NCBI GenBank assembly: GCA_013265495.1
Contig: MU058839.1
Coordinates: forward strand, 1-64,000
Reading direction: 5' to 3'
Source of the DNA: Vicugna vicugna
Lineage: Eukaryota
Length of the DNA: 64,000 nt
Shown: one piece after another, positions 13,147 to 26,974 of the stretch
Layout of the letters: every line of letters starts with the position of its first letter
Position numbering within the stretch: the stretch's first letter is position 1
Position numbers and translations under genes: made by a program
Notes under the pieces: model-generated
The model's database searches: none
What the model was told of the DNA's origin: nothing
What the model saw: only the letters and a program-made list of their open reading frames with translations

Positions 13147-15540
13147 TTAACAATCCAAAGTTCTAGTAAGTGTGCTAAATTAGCTAATGCCTATAAAGCA
13201 AGAAGGAAGAAGTACCAGCATCATTTGAACTCACTAAAGTATCTTGAGAAGCAGTATAGTAAGTGGAAAGAACATGGATCTAAGAATCAGGCAAATCTGA
13301 GCTCCAATTCCCCATCCTCTGCCAATTTATGACTGACTGAACTTAAACAAATTACTATACCTACTTTAGCTTCACTGTCCTCACCTGGTAGTGGAGTTCA
13401 ATTTACCACTCTTCAGGGCTGCAGAACAGACTACGGGAAATAGCACACACCCGACGTACCCTGAGGCAGGACAGGCAACGAGTGCCAATCTGTCCATCAT
13501 ACTGTCTTAGCTTCAGAAATTCAAACTTCCTGTCCAGCGGCCAAAACCAAAGCACTCACTTTATCCCACAATAACAAATAGAAAAAACTACTCCCCGCAC
13601 TGTGCCCACATACAAACCCTTCCCTCTCCTGACCACCTTGTTCCAGCCTGCAGGCAGGCTCCCCTGGCAGCCAGAGTTCTGTCCCCACTGCCTTTCCCCC
13701 TCACAGGCATTACTCGACCAGGGCTGACCAGGGCTGTTCTCTTCTGACTGTGCTGAACAACATTTGAACAGAAAAGCTTTAAAATAAAATTACACTGTGC
13801 TCTCCTCACATGTATTTGTTCTTTTTCACAAACTTTTTAAGAATAAGGATACATAAACTCATTTCAAATTATACTATACTAAATGCAAAAATCTGTTCTC
13901 TTAATTTTCGAAAAAAAAAAGACTGAAAAATCCTAATCATTTATTTGAGTCCATAAAAATTCTACAAAAGAAATGAAAGCGCAAAGAAGAAAATTATTTT
14001 CTAGTGTGGCTCTTAGGCACAGGTCTTACTTCTGTTTTGGAGTCATACTACATGGGTATTATTTTCCACTGTTCATTTTACAAACTGCTTAACTAACAAT
14101 ATGCTGTCCAATTTTCCATTTAGTATACCTTATCTTCTCTCTACACGCTGCGATTCTTTTAAAGGAAAATTAACTAAATATTTCAGCAGTTTAACTAGTG
14201 GGAAGCAAAGAATTAAGATTGCAGATACAAAGGTGCTGTAATTGTGTTTTAATCAGCTTATTAAATACAACATGAACACGTATCAATCAACTAACATTTA
14301 ATTTCATGGTCGATGATTCAAAACTTTTCAAAAGCATAACAGTACAAAGTTATCAACATTTACTTGATAATTCCTTTCCAACTTTAACTTGTATAAAATA
14401 CTGTACGATAACTGTTACATGTCCTTCTGGACTGGAAGAGGACATAATTAGGAATTTTATTAAAATACACATACAATTTGAAATTTATCTTTCCAATTTG
14501 GTTCAGAAAGAAAAATATCTCCATATATAAAAAATGCAGCAACATAATTCTTTAGATGACTAAATACAGGAATCTTTAAAAAATTTATTTCAAATATTTC
14601 TATCCCCAACAAACACTGATAAGCTGAGCTAACGTTTGTTTTAAACTGTTGTTTCAGAAAATGCAAACAAATCTCCATAAATCTCATTTAGAAAGCAAAT
14701 TGCCTAACTGCACATTCATTTAGGAATATTACACAAAGATTTCTCATCACAGAGTCACATTTTGACTTAGAACGTATGTGCACATACTTACCTCTTTTCC
14801 TGCACCAAGAGTGGTTTTTCATGATCTGAATGGTTCAGTTTTTCAAAGAATAGTTTAGTTTATCTAAATTCTACTTTTGTTAAGGAGCGGTGAAAATTTA
14901 TTAAGAAAAGTCCATGAGTTCTTTTCTCTAGCATTTTGCTTGACAGCAAAAATCACTTTTGTTTTAAAAGGTCTGTTTCTGACCATTATTTTTGACTCAA
15001 GTGGAGAAGGGCCTGAGGGTAAGGGTCATTAACATCTCTCACTAAGACAAAAAGATTCAACCATGGTTGCTAGGATACCAACAGACAGATTCATTTATTA
15101 CAGCCAGGAACAGTTATGAGGAATGTCTTCTCACAGAACAACATACTAACTGCAAAAGAAACCTTAATGCAAACAAAGTCTAAAAGGCAGAGACAATGCC
15201 TGCCCTTTAAGAGCTTAATAGCGTGTCTGTTGTTGGTATTTAAGATTACAAAGTTCATTTTACATATGATATTTTTTAAAGGAAGAGAAGTAGACAACAG
15301 GAAGAAGGGAAGGCAGAAAGTTAAAGAAAAGTGCAGGCAGAGGAATAAGTCATCCTTTTCATGAGTCTGCTGAGTCAGATTCTTTCATTCACTAACTTAT
15401 TTAACTAAATGAGTCTGTACTATGCGCTGGTTACTGTTCAAGGTACCAGCAACGCTGTGGTTAATAAGATAAAGTTCGAGCCCTCATTGAGCTTCAATCC
15501 TAATGAAGAGACCAAACAAAAGTTAGTATCTGTGCCTAAA

Positions 15541-15545
<5 letters not shown>

Positions 15546-15587
<42 letters not shown>
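15546..15587. repeat. (GT)n microsatellite, ~21 units
   Basis: Perfect dinucleotide run. Confidence 0.98.
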
Positions 15588-15589
<2 letters not shown>

Positions 15590-17919
15590 AGTGTGAGATA
15601 CATGTAGGGGCACAGAGACAGGGCAGTGAAGGCCTTACATATATTTAGCGATTACTCTATGTCAAGTGTCAGGCTAGGAAATCAGGACAGAGTATAACAA
15701 GAAACACATGGTCTCTGTCACTGGCGTTTATTTGGGTGGGAGATTCAAGTAAACGAACAGGGAAGTATTTTGCTGTCACTTACTACCTGTGTAACCTTGG
15801 CAAGTTGGTACACCTTCAGCATGAATAATGACACTAACCTTCAAAAGTTATTGTGAGCATTAGATGTTTAGAAAACATTTGGCATGCTGCCTGGTAAACT
15901 ACAAATTTTATTATTTCAGTTAAGGGCCCATGTTATAGAATAACAAGAAATGAGATCGAGAGAAATTGAGGATGGCAGAAAAGGGGAAAAGATAATAAAG
16001 GTATTCAAAAAATCAAAAAGGAAGAGCGATGGGTTCACATTAGGAGGACTTGTAAAACACACTGCTAAGTGTATTTATAAATCTACAAGGAATACTATAT
16101 AATGGAATCACATCAGACACCCAATTAAATAGCAAGAATTAAACTATACATGATTGGCAGAAAAAAGAGGAGAGAACAATTTAAATAGTACAAGAAGCTT
16201 TGCCACCTGATCACTCATTGAGGAAACAGTTCAGAGTAAATGAGAGTTTTAGAAAAAAAAAATCTGCAGTCCAACAGGCAGTCTCAGATCCCAAGAGCGA
16301 GCACCTCCCCTCACTGAGTGAGTCCATATATAAACAAAGATATATGTTTTTCATCCACATCCCCTAAAATGCAAATGTACTATTTAACTGGTGCTCAAGT
16401 GGATAAACAGCAAAAGGAATTTTCATTAGATGTGATTTTCATCACCATTTGTACTTACTTTATAACTAATTCTTGCTTAAGATGCTACTCTACCTATATG
16501 ACTCCACTTCATAGACACACAAATGAACATGCCCAAGGACACCAGGAGGTCTGCCTCATCCTGCCTGGCTCCAAATCTTTGCAGTTTTCCACAATGTCCA
16601 GCCATCCTGAGTTTAGATTTGAAGGGAAAGGCTGAGATTAAGGAGGAAGATGACGTGAAACATACAAGAGGAAAAGTTAATAAGGCTAATAGGAATGTGT
16701 AGGAAAAGATAAAGACATTAAGACCAAAGATAGAAACCAAGGGAAACCAAGTCAGAAGCTGACGTGTGGTAACAGCTCATCACAAATTTCCAGGACAATA
16801 TTGACTTCATACATATTATACCGCTGTGCATACTAAATATTGAAGTGTACTGAAAATTTAAACATTTCAGCATCCAAGCTCTACCTCCCACACTATTTCT
16901 CACACACAAAAGCAGCACGTGCACACACACACACACACTCAAAACTTCACCAAATCATGTCCAGACATAAAGCAAAAAGTTCTATTGTCTTAGAAACAGA
17001 AAGAAATATGTAACAATAAACTAGTGAGAAAGAACGTAAGTATGACAAAATTGAATGTTAAGACTGAAGAAAAAAATCTTCAAAGAATATGGTGAAATAG
17101 AGAAAAATAATGAATAGAAGCATAAGTCAGTCCCTACAGAAGTCTTTGGAAGTACATTCCAAAAAGAACCCTGCAACTTAATTCACTGGGCATTTACTCT
17201 GTGCTGTGTACTCACACTAACAAGGATAAACACTGAATCATATTTCCCATCATAATTTTAGCAATTTCCCTTTACCTTGGGGGAAAAATCTCTGTCCCCA
17301 GTAAGTAACAAAAGTTATCACATGAAAGAACAGTAACATTAATGATAATGGTAGCAGTTAATTTGGAGCCATGCAACATGCCTTTAATATTTCACCCTAT
17401 GAAGTAAACACTTTATCCTGATTCTGCCTGGGAAAAAACTTACTCTCAGAGTAAGTAACTGGCCTAAATTTGTCTAACACTGTTGGGATTGGGACTCACA
17501 CTCATATCTGCTTGACACCAAGGCTCTGTTTCTACATTTGAAAGATACAAACTTTCCCATGAGCACTCTGCATTTGCTAACGTAGAGTTTACAGACCTGA
17601 AATCATTCTCCTACACAACACATAAGAAGTAACTATAATGAACTCTCAGTACCTTACCATAAAAGCTTGCAACTTTTCATCTCCCAAAGCTACAACTTTC
17701 CTTCTTGTGTTTACTCCTGTTTCACACTGTACAAGTACTATCTTTGAATGGCCAATAAATTGATAAAATGAGAACTCAAAATACAATGACATATAAAAGA
17801 AATATGTTACTGTTAAAAGTCAGAGAAAATGTCACAAAAATTTGAGAAGTGGGTTATACTAGATTCTCATTAAAATACTCTGTGCCTACAAGGGCTTATT
17901 AAGCTCTAGTGTTTTTGCT

Positions 17920-18009
17920 GTTGTTTGTAGGGTTTTTTTTTTTTTTTCTGGGTTTGCTCTTTTTTTTTAATCTATTTATTTTTTATTGAAGTACAGTTGA
18001 TTTACAATG
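17920..18009 (-). mobile_element. Extremely 5'-truncated L1 3' terminus plus A-rich tail
   Basis: Minus strand reads CATTGTAAATCAACTGTACTTCAATAAAAAATAAA followed by A-rich sequence, matching the L1 end at 56739-56765 (CATTGTAAACTGACTATACTTCAATAA). Confidence 0.75.
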
Positions 18010-18041
18010 AACCTCTAGGTTTTCTGAAGTGCAAACTTTAC

Positions 18042-18186
18042 CTGGGTCGTTATGGGAATGAGGCACCACAAAGACTTGAAGGGGCTTAGTGTCCCATTCA
18101 TCAGATTTATAAGTAATGTCAAATCCTTGCTTCCAAACTCCACCATCTGGATTGTCAAAAGGAATTAGACTGTAAACATCCAACAT
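18042..18186 (-). CDS. MAN2A1: MAN2A1 coding exon 3 (145 nt): start of GH38 catalytic domain with Zn-binding HSHND motif
   Basis: Acceptor TTTTTAG|ATG, donor CCAG|GTAAAG. Translates [26 protein letters not shown]...[11 protein letters not shown](G). Ends in phase 1. Confidence 0.97.
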
Positions 18187-19705
18187 CTAAAAATATAAAG
18201 CACACACACACAAAGTTAAGTTTAGTCATGTACAACCACTATTAATTTAAACGTAATGTTGGAAGTACTTGCTCAAAACTACTCACTGCTGAACTCTGTT
18301 TACATATTTTAAAGGATAAAACGATTTCTGTAGATATTAAAGAGTTTAAGGCAGAAAACATTTAATCACCATTAAAGGGTTAAAATTCTACTTCATAACT
18401 AACTTGATAAACAGTCCCTTCTCCCTCTGCCTCTAATACAAAATAATTTCATTCAATTCCTCTTCCCCTGCTTTACTTTAATACAATAGAAAATGATAGG
18501 AACTGAACATCAAACAAAATTTTTTTCATTATGATCAAATATTTAGCATTTTCAAACAGTACTGAAATTATTTTTCACTTTGTCTTAATTTTATATTCAG
18601 TCTCTCATATTTTAAAATCTGTATCTGAATGGAAATGGAGCTACAGCTATTCTTTAATTTAGCCTACGTATGTTTACATTTTTTATTCTAAAAATAAAAC
18701 TATTAACAGGGTCAACTAGGTTTCAAATGGAAGAATCTTTTAAAATTGAGATTTAGCTTTTAAGTGTTCAAATGTTTTCCAAGTTTCCAATGCTGTATTC
18801 TTTCTAGATGATAATTTATTTGGACACAAAAGAAAAAAGTATTACAAAGAAACAAAACCAAACAAACCTAAAAACTTATTTTTCATACTCTCTATAGTAC
18901 TAAGTGTGACAAAGAACATAACACTTCTTTGGTAAAATTTCAATTATCTAAAAAATACATCCTAATTAATCTGTGAGTTACAAAAAAATTTAAAGATAAC
19001 AAGCAAATTATATAAAAGTGAATATAAAGTATTTTAAGACAATAACATATCTTTCACTTCAAAATTCATAATTCAGATGAAATGTTCCCAAGGAGGAGAA
19101 CAAATCCTTGGCAACCAGCTGGACAAGAGCTGGTCTCTGCTATCCCTTCCAGTTCTTTCTTTGGCTCTGCAGCTCCCAGGTCCCTGCTGCCTCACTCTGC
19201 CTGACTTCCATGATTGCTCTGCAGCTCCTTTCTGTCTGGCTCAGATTTAGATTAAAAAAAAAAGTTTTATCATTTCCCTTTAAAAAGGTGCTTAATTAAA
19301 GCCTAAACAAAGCCAAGCCTCACAGAAATAGATACCCCTTCAAAGCACAGGATTCTGATCCCACCTGAAGCTGGCCACATACTAGCTGATGAGGCTGGAG
19401 GCTCATGGCCTAGCCAGTGCCACTGTCCCCAACTTCTGACTTGACCTGTGAGCCTTGGCCTCGAGATCATATTATGTCCCCTGCTAATGAAAACTTCTAC
19501 TCTGAAGCAAGGCCAGAGCCAACATTTTTCATCTAACTTTAAAATATTTACCCTTTAGGTCCTATCAGCAAGTTCCAGTTTCCAGTCTAAAGTACAATGT
19601 TAAACACAGCTCTCTGCTACTTTGCAAAACAGAGCAAAGATGAGAGACACATTCAAAGTTTTAGAAAGGTAGAAGTCCTTTCTTCAACTCCACCACCCTC
19701 TAGAA

Positions 19706-19978
19706 CAGCACTGTCCAAGAGAAATATAATGCAAGCTAAATGCATACTTTTAAATTTTCTAGTAAAATGAAATAGGTGAAATTAATTTTGATATTTTACT
19801 TAAGCCAATATATTCAAAATATTACCATCTCAACACATAATCAATAGAAAAATGAGAAAGATATTTTACATTCTTTTTTTCATACTAAATCTTCAATACT
19901 TTGTGTGTATATTAGAGCACATCTCAACACAAACAAGCCACATTTGAGGTGGACAGCAGCTTCCACACGGCAGCACAG
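19706..19978 (+). mobile_element. MER33-like hAT-Charlie element with 8-bp TSD
   Basis: CAGCACTGTCC...CAGCACAG, flanked by CTCTAGAA (19698-19705) and TTCTAGAA (19979-19986). Confidence 0.85.
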
Positions 19979-20417
19979 TTCTAGAATATTCCCCCTCCAT
20001 CTTACAAAGGGATATTCAGTAAAAAAGAATCTAACCTTACACTGTGTGAAACCTATAATGTATAACAGATACAAAGTATGAGTAGGGAGTCTCTTGTACT
20101 CTCCAAAGGAAGATTAAAAAAAATCTCTTTGGTTAAATTTAAATCTCTAAACATCTCAACTATTACAGAAAATAAGACCTAAAAAGCATACAGAAAAGGC
20201 CACAGTCACAAAGTACAAAATAAGAAAATTTAGGAGAAACACAGAATAACAGAATTTTATCACTAAAAAGAACATTAATAATCATGTGACTAATCAAATT
20301 ACTTTACAAAAATAGAAACTAGAATCCAGAACTTAGTAACTAAGTTGGAAGAGATACCAGATCAAATCAAAAAAAACAAATCAAAACCCAGTGATTATTC
20401 ACAAATGTATACATTAC

Positions 20418-20675
20418 CTGCACATCTGAACTCTGACTTCCACTTCGTGAAGCAAACAGACAGTCTTCAGAGTCAACTGAGAGAGAAAACTGTTTCGACG
20501 GCAGGAGAGGTGAGCCAGCACCTTGGCTGAAATTGCCTTGTGAACTTTTTGGACCATCCTCCACAGACTCACTCAGATTGATGACCGAGTCTCTAATATT
20601 TGAGATGATCTCATTATTCTCGGCTAGCAAACGTTCCAAATGGTCTATTTTTTCTTGCAACATAGAAAGTTGGCC
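20418..20675 (-). CDS. MAN2A1: MAN2A1 coding exon 2 (258 nt): luminal coiled-coil/stem
   Basis: Acceptor TTTTTTATTGTAG|GGC, donor CAG|GTAATG. Translates GQLSMLQEKIDHLERLLAENNEIISNIRDSVINLSESVEDG...SDVQ. Phase 0-0. Confidence 0.96.
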
Positions 20676-23600
20676 CTACAATAAAAAAGAAAAAGGCAGC
20701 TATATGAAACTCTCATACAGCTCTGTTGAGACACATGTCTTTTTTTTAAACTACGTGCCTGCCCAAGAGAACAGCCACTCACCCTTCACTTTCCACTTTT
20801 ATAAGTGGGATCACAGAAAGCATGAACAGCCGGCAGGGTTAAAATTTACACCAATTTACAGCAGAAAATCTTCTCCATGGCTGCAATCTTTGCTTAATCA
20901 TATTTTAAAATGTGCGACAGAAAGACCATAAATATTTGGGGATATATTTCTTATTACCCCAAACCCAGCCCTAAAAGACCTCTGGGTCTCTAAAATCACT
21001 AAGTAGAACATCATAATCTATTCAGGTATGAAATTTTAAATTTAAGTATAATTGATTCGAGTTCCTTGTAAGAGTGAAAAAAAAGTATGAACTGGAGAAA
21101 AGATCATTCCACCTTAATCAGTAACACTAGTGAATAATCCTAAATAAGAACTATCATCTATAGAAAAACCAGCACTTAATTAGCCACATACGAAAAAGAT
21201 CGGCATGAACATCCTCCAAATCACCACACTGTTAAGTCATTTAGATTGCTTCTACTAGACCGTGTGACTTTTAGGTTTTTTCACTGATCCTCACATGAAA
21301 AGGTCTGCTGTCTCTAAACACCACCCTTGCAATCCTGAGTAACAACCTAACTCATGAGAGCAACGACAATCTTAGTCTTGTTCACTCCTATAGCCTAGGT
21401 CCCAAATACACAGTACTGATATATTTGTCACATGGCCCTCACATTTATTCAACTCAACAGTAATTCTTTAGTGAACACCCACTGTACCAGGCATAATGCT
21501 GCACCCTGGAAAGACAGATGTGCATTAGATAAAGGTACGAGCACCCAAGGCGACACTGTCGTTTCTGCCACAGCGACAGCAACAGCCTGCTCCACGCCCC
21601 CAAAAAGTCCGCACTAACGTTTAATAAAAGAACTCTATGCACAGTAAACAAACAACTCTGGACACCCAGAAACAAAAATTCTAACACCAGTAAATAACAG
21701 AAAGACACGAGGGAGGAAGGAAGAAGAGAAAACCTAAATGTCTAAATGGTGCATCTAACACCATAGAGTCGTTTTCAGTCGTTAAAAATTTAGAAATACA
21801 AAAACTTTAAATGAATCAGAAATATTTGGGGAGGTAACTTCAGGAGAAAGTGAAGAAAAAGCAGTTTTAAAGTAGTATTTATGAAAAAAATAGTATGTAG
21901 ACATGATCCCCTTTTGAAAAAAAGTCCACATGGAAGGCTGCAATCAAGATGGTAAAAACTGGTTATGGGTATTTATCTCTTTAGTCTGTTATGAGTGGTT
22001 GTTGATTTTGTAATGGGGAGGCCAAGAGAAAGAAAGATTCTACTCCCAGGTACAGGCCAGTTCAGTAAGAGAGGGAGGAAATTACCTACCAGGAGAAAGC
22101 CACTGCAGCAAACTGTGAGAGCTCACAGAATTCTGAAGGACTAGGGGAGATATTTTGGAATAAGAAAAAAACAAAACAGTAGCCAAAATGAGAAGCGAAT
22201 CAGCAGGAGGTGAGGGGGAGAGACGACACTGGGGATGAATACCCAAAGCCTTGACATTGGAGAGACCAGGAGCACCAGATGGCCGTGTACCTCTCAGACC
22301 TGAAAGATGCTCTCACAGGCCTCTCTTCTCAGACCATGGCTTAGAAACAGCTCCTGGAGGTAAGAACTGTAGTCCTTTAAGGCAACTGTCACCCCTAGGG
22401 TGGGGCACCATGTCTTTACAAGGGAGAACTCTGAAGCCTGTTCATCAGTGTATAGAGAAGCAGGAGGTGCAAGATCTTAGCAAAGAACTAATCCTGCAAG
22501 ACAAGCCCCATTTCCCCTAGAAAAAAGCAAGAAAAAAATACGGATCAGTGCATGACTAGAAATGGCAAAGCAAAGGAACCGTGATGGTCAGTGCGACACT
22601 AGCTGAAGAGAAGTCAGTTGAACCATGCAGACTGCAGGTCAGCAAAGCTGTTGAGCAGCATTATACTACAAATCTTTCTTTACAGGCACACATCGATATT
22701 GGTTGACTGGTTCTCAGTGGAAAGGCCAGAGGGGACCCCTTGGCATAACCCAAAGTTCACCCAAGGAAACTGAACATACCTGAGACTTGGGTACACAGTG
22801 ACTAATCTGCATATATTTTCCTAAACAGACATGATCAAACAAAGGCTGCCTGAAATACAGGGAAACCTGTTCTCCACTCATTATCACAACACCACAGACC
22901 ATGGCTTTTTTAAATCACTTCTGATGAATTCTGCTGAATATTTCCAACACTAAAGATACAAGCCTACTTCAGTGATGCTTGTAATTTCTACCACAGCAGG
23001 TAACAACAGTAAATCAAGTTCCTCTGATTCCAAGCAGAGTTAGAACATGTTGACTCGTCTTGCTGCAGTAAAGCTACACATCTCTATAAAATAAAACCTT
23101 AGCTTAGTCTAAAATGCCTGCATCAGAGCTTTTAAAGATGCCATGTGTTTTATCAATCACTTAGAGTGTGTAAGTTAATACATGGGTGCCCATGTTTCTC
23201 CAGATCTTTCTGTACTTTCAGGAAAAGGTAATTTTGGAGCCACGGATGCAGCAAAGCTGCCTAGAGCTTAACAAGAACACACTGAAAAAACACACTGACC
23301 TGGTCCCATAATCCATGGATGAGAGTACTATTCAAAACAAACATTAGGGGCAATGGATGGTTCATGAAAAAGGATCCTGCAGGCATTAAAGATGACTTTC
23401 AATCTCATTGTAGCTTTAAAGATACAATTAATGATCAGTACCTGGAATTTTGTACTGAATTAATAAGCTCATGGAGGAAATTGTGGCCTAGGGATATGTT
23501 AGTATAATGGTCTAATGAAAATCATTTTTTAAACTCCATTATGCAGTGGAATAAAGTCTCCCACCAAACAGCTGAAATTCTTGAAATATACACACCTCCA

Positions 23601-24149
23601 TAAGCAAACTCTGTACACGCGACAGAGAAAAGTGCTATGACCTTAAAAAGATGCACTTGTAGTCCACATTAAAGTAACAGAAATCATAGATAATGTTTCA
23701 ATTATGCTGACAAGTCAAAGAATACTGATGGTAATATTAAGACAATTTTCTGTAGGGCAAGAAAATCGCTTGTGAGAAAACCACTGTGTTCTGTGATTTG
23801 CTAATCAGTTCTACAGGGAGGTCACAGTGTTGCACTGCCAAGGAGAGAGGAAGGAGGTCATGATATTTGATTTAGTTGGCTCTTGATGAAAGAGAAAAAC
23901 TGAGCAAAAATATCACTGCTAGCAAAGACTTTTGAGAGAAAATTTAGAGCTTACTATAAGCAAACTAGGATCTGTATCCACACAGCCCTATGAACAAAGT
24001 CAATGTACATCTACCACTAAATCCAAAAACTTATCACATAATTATTTACTCCATACAAGGCACTGGTTGCTGGGGCTCGCATCACCACGATCACTCAAGC
24101 ATGGCTGAATCTGCACATCAGTCTTCTTTCCATTTACAACTGAAATAAT

Positions 24150-25803
24150 ATGTACCCTCCCCTCTCTCTGCTTCAAAGCCAAACACTTCACTGGTGAGCT
24201 CCAAACCCATCTCTCTCAACTGCTCAAAGGCTGTATTCTTCTAGTTAAACCCTTTCAACACTGTTTCATCAAACTTCCCTTCTAAAATCAACTCATCCTC
24301 AATAGTATAATGTAACATATTATATGAGGTCACAGCAAAAGAAGTGGCCATTCTCGTAAGCCAAAAACAGTCAAATGTCACCAATTTCTTACGACTCAAC
24401 TTAACATTATTATATCCTACCTAAAAAAATACATCAAACTCCAGTGCTTCCCTTGGTCCCACAATTCCCTTCAAGGGTCCCATCTTCTTCATGGACCTAC
24501 AGAGATCATCAACATTCTACACATCCCCCTTCCTTACAAACTCCCATTTCCCCATCTGCCCATTTCAATCAGAATCTGCCTACCACTCCACCAAAACTGC
24601 TCCTGAAAAGCCCTGACCGGCTACCATATCACCAAGCCTGATCAGCACACACTGTCCTCGCCTTCCTCATCATCTCTAGGAGCACTTGGAACGGTGGACT
24701 ACTCCTTCTGCCTTGAAACATCTCCTTTACTCGCTCCCAACACAACATGCTCTTGGTTTTCCTTCCGCCGATTGTTTATCAGTCTCCTTCTCTGCCCAGT
24801 ATTTAAATGATGGAGGCTCTCAAGGTTAGCTCCTGAGACTCCCACCTTCTCTGTACTGTCTTAAATTACCTCCTCCACTCCTTGGTTTCACTTCCATTTT
24901 CTGGACTGATGTCTCCCATATTTACATCTCCAACTGAAAACTCTCCTCTGAAAAACAGACTCATATATACAAATGATTACCTGACTTCTCAACTTGGATT
25001 CCAAACTTAAGTCCAAAAGATTATGTTCCCTCAAAAGCCATCTTAAAGGCCTCGGGTCTTTAGTAAGTAGCTTTAATCTCCACCTGGTTGGCCACTTCCA
25101 AAATCTTGGTGGCATAACTGATTTCTCCTCCTTCCTCACCCTGCTCACACATCCAACCTACCTACAACTCTTTCGTCCCTCCTCCAAAATACTTGTCAAT
25201 CGGTCTCCCTCTCTCCTTCTCAAATGATACCGCTGTGGTCCAAGCCACCAACAATCTCTCCTAGTCTAGTACAGCAGCCTCTTAATTGATTTCCCACATC
25301 CTTCAACCATGCCCTACTCAGACGCAATACCTTTATTACAATCCAGAGCTAGTTTCTCATCATACATTAAAAAAAAAAATTAGAACACCCTAACTGGACT
25401 CAGTAAGGACCTGCATATCTATCTCTCTACCCCCATCTTTCTCTCCTCCAACTGAGCTCCACCCTGATCTCATCTCAGTTCCAAACCAGCTCCTCCCACC
25501 TCATCTCAAGACCCTGGTGTATGTTCTCTATTTATACAGTGCTTCCCCTCTCACCCCAAATGTCCCCTCTGCAGAGACTTCCCCAGCTAATCTATCTAAA
25601 ATATGCCTCCTCGTGCTATACTCTTGTGTCAGCTTATTTTGTTTCTTCCACAGCATTTTCACCTGCTATATTCATGAATTATGTCCCCATCTTCATCACT
25701 AAATCTCTGTATTCAGAACAGGCACCACAGCTGTTTTACTCCCCACTGTACCCTGATGCCTAGCACGATGCCTGGCACACAACAGGACTGCAAATATTTA
25801 TTT
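24150..25803 (+). mobile_element. LINE-2 3' region (decayed)
   Basis: Long pyrimidine-rich L2-like tract ending GCCTAGCACGATGCCTGGCACACAACAGG...AAATATTTATT. Confidence 0.75.
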
Positions 25804-26974
25804 TAAAAAAAAAGGAAAGAAAACAAGATGCAACAATTTTTCTAAGACAAGGAGTATTAAATGTCATTTTTTGGCACATAAACTTACACCAAAAATAATA
25901 CAATTAAAAATAAAATTAACAATTTTTAAAGAGAGAAAATAGAGAAAAAAACTTCACTATAACCAAAAAACTCGGTAATAAAAGAATGAGAAAATCCTAG
26001 ATAATAAGATGAGCTTCATGGACTGTTTGGGAAATGATATCGAAACTGACTTATGTTTGGCCACAGGGTGACAATCATGACCTCATGAGTAAAAGATGTG
26101 GCTCCTTTCCTAGGACAAAGATTATGGATTCTGTACATTCCAATCAAATGTTTTCAGATTTCACCACCTTCAGCAACCATGGCTCAATGGGCTATGATTT
26201 TTCAACTGATGTTGGGGATAGAAGGAGTTTGGGGGAAAAAAAAAACAACCCTGAGACAATTCTAGAATCCTTCCTACCATGGTAGTGATATAAGATCTTC
26301 ATTCAACTAAATCAAGTTTCTAATTAAGAGAACTGCAGAGGAAATACTATAACATGTTTATAATATAACCCCCATTGACAGTGTTCAAAACAAACAAAAC
26401 TTCTCCCCAACATGTGTGTGAGTATATCTGAAACTCCAGATGTGTACCATCTTTCATGTACGCTTTTTTTCCTCCTTTAAATCTAATTTTGTTAGACTCA
26501 ACATATCACTCCATCACATCTGGATTTTTCTGGATATGGATTCTGCCACTGAAGAACCCTTCGTGTAGCGGGTGTGGCTGGGTGAACAGGCTCTGACAGT
26601 CACCACCAGACTCATTGGAAAGGCTCCTCCAAATGACCAATCCCTGGGATCTACCCTGAAATCTCAGGGAGGGCCCCAAAACTGTAATGTTAATGCTCCA
26701 CAGGTGACTCTGGTGATCAGCCAGGTTTAGGACCTATGGCTCTGACTTCATGCATTTCAGTGAAATATCTAAGAAGATGCAGCTGAGAATAAGCCATTTG
26801 GCAAGTCATCCGTCAACTCTCCCACAGGGTGACATGCATTCACAAACCGGTACCCTCTTATAATCTGGTTAACAAGACATTAGCTCTCCTAATTACCTTT
26901 GGACCAGATTCCTCCACCTCATGCCTAAGGATATTATACTATGCCATATTTTTTATTTTTAATAACAGCAAATA

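Noticed and set aside
20533..20931. 132-aa + strand ORF over exon 2
   Set aside because: Antisense shadow of the real exon with a non-ATG start and no independent support.
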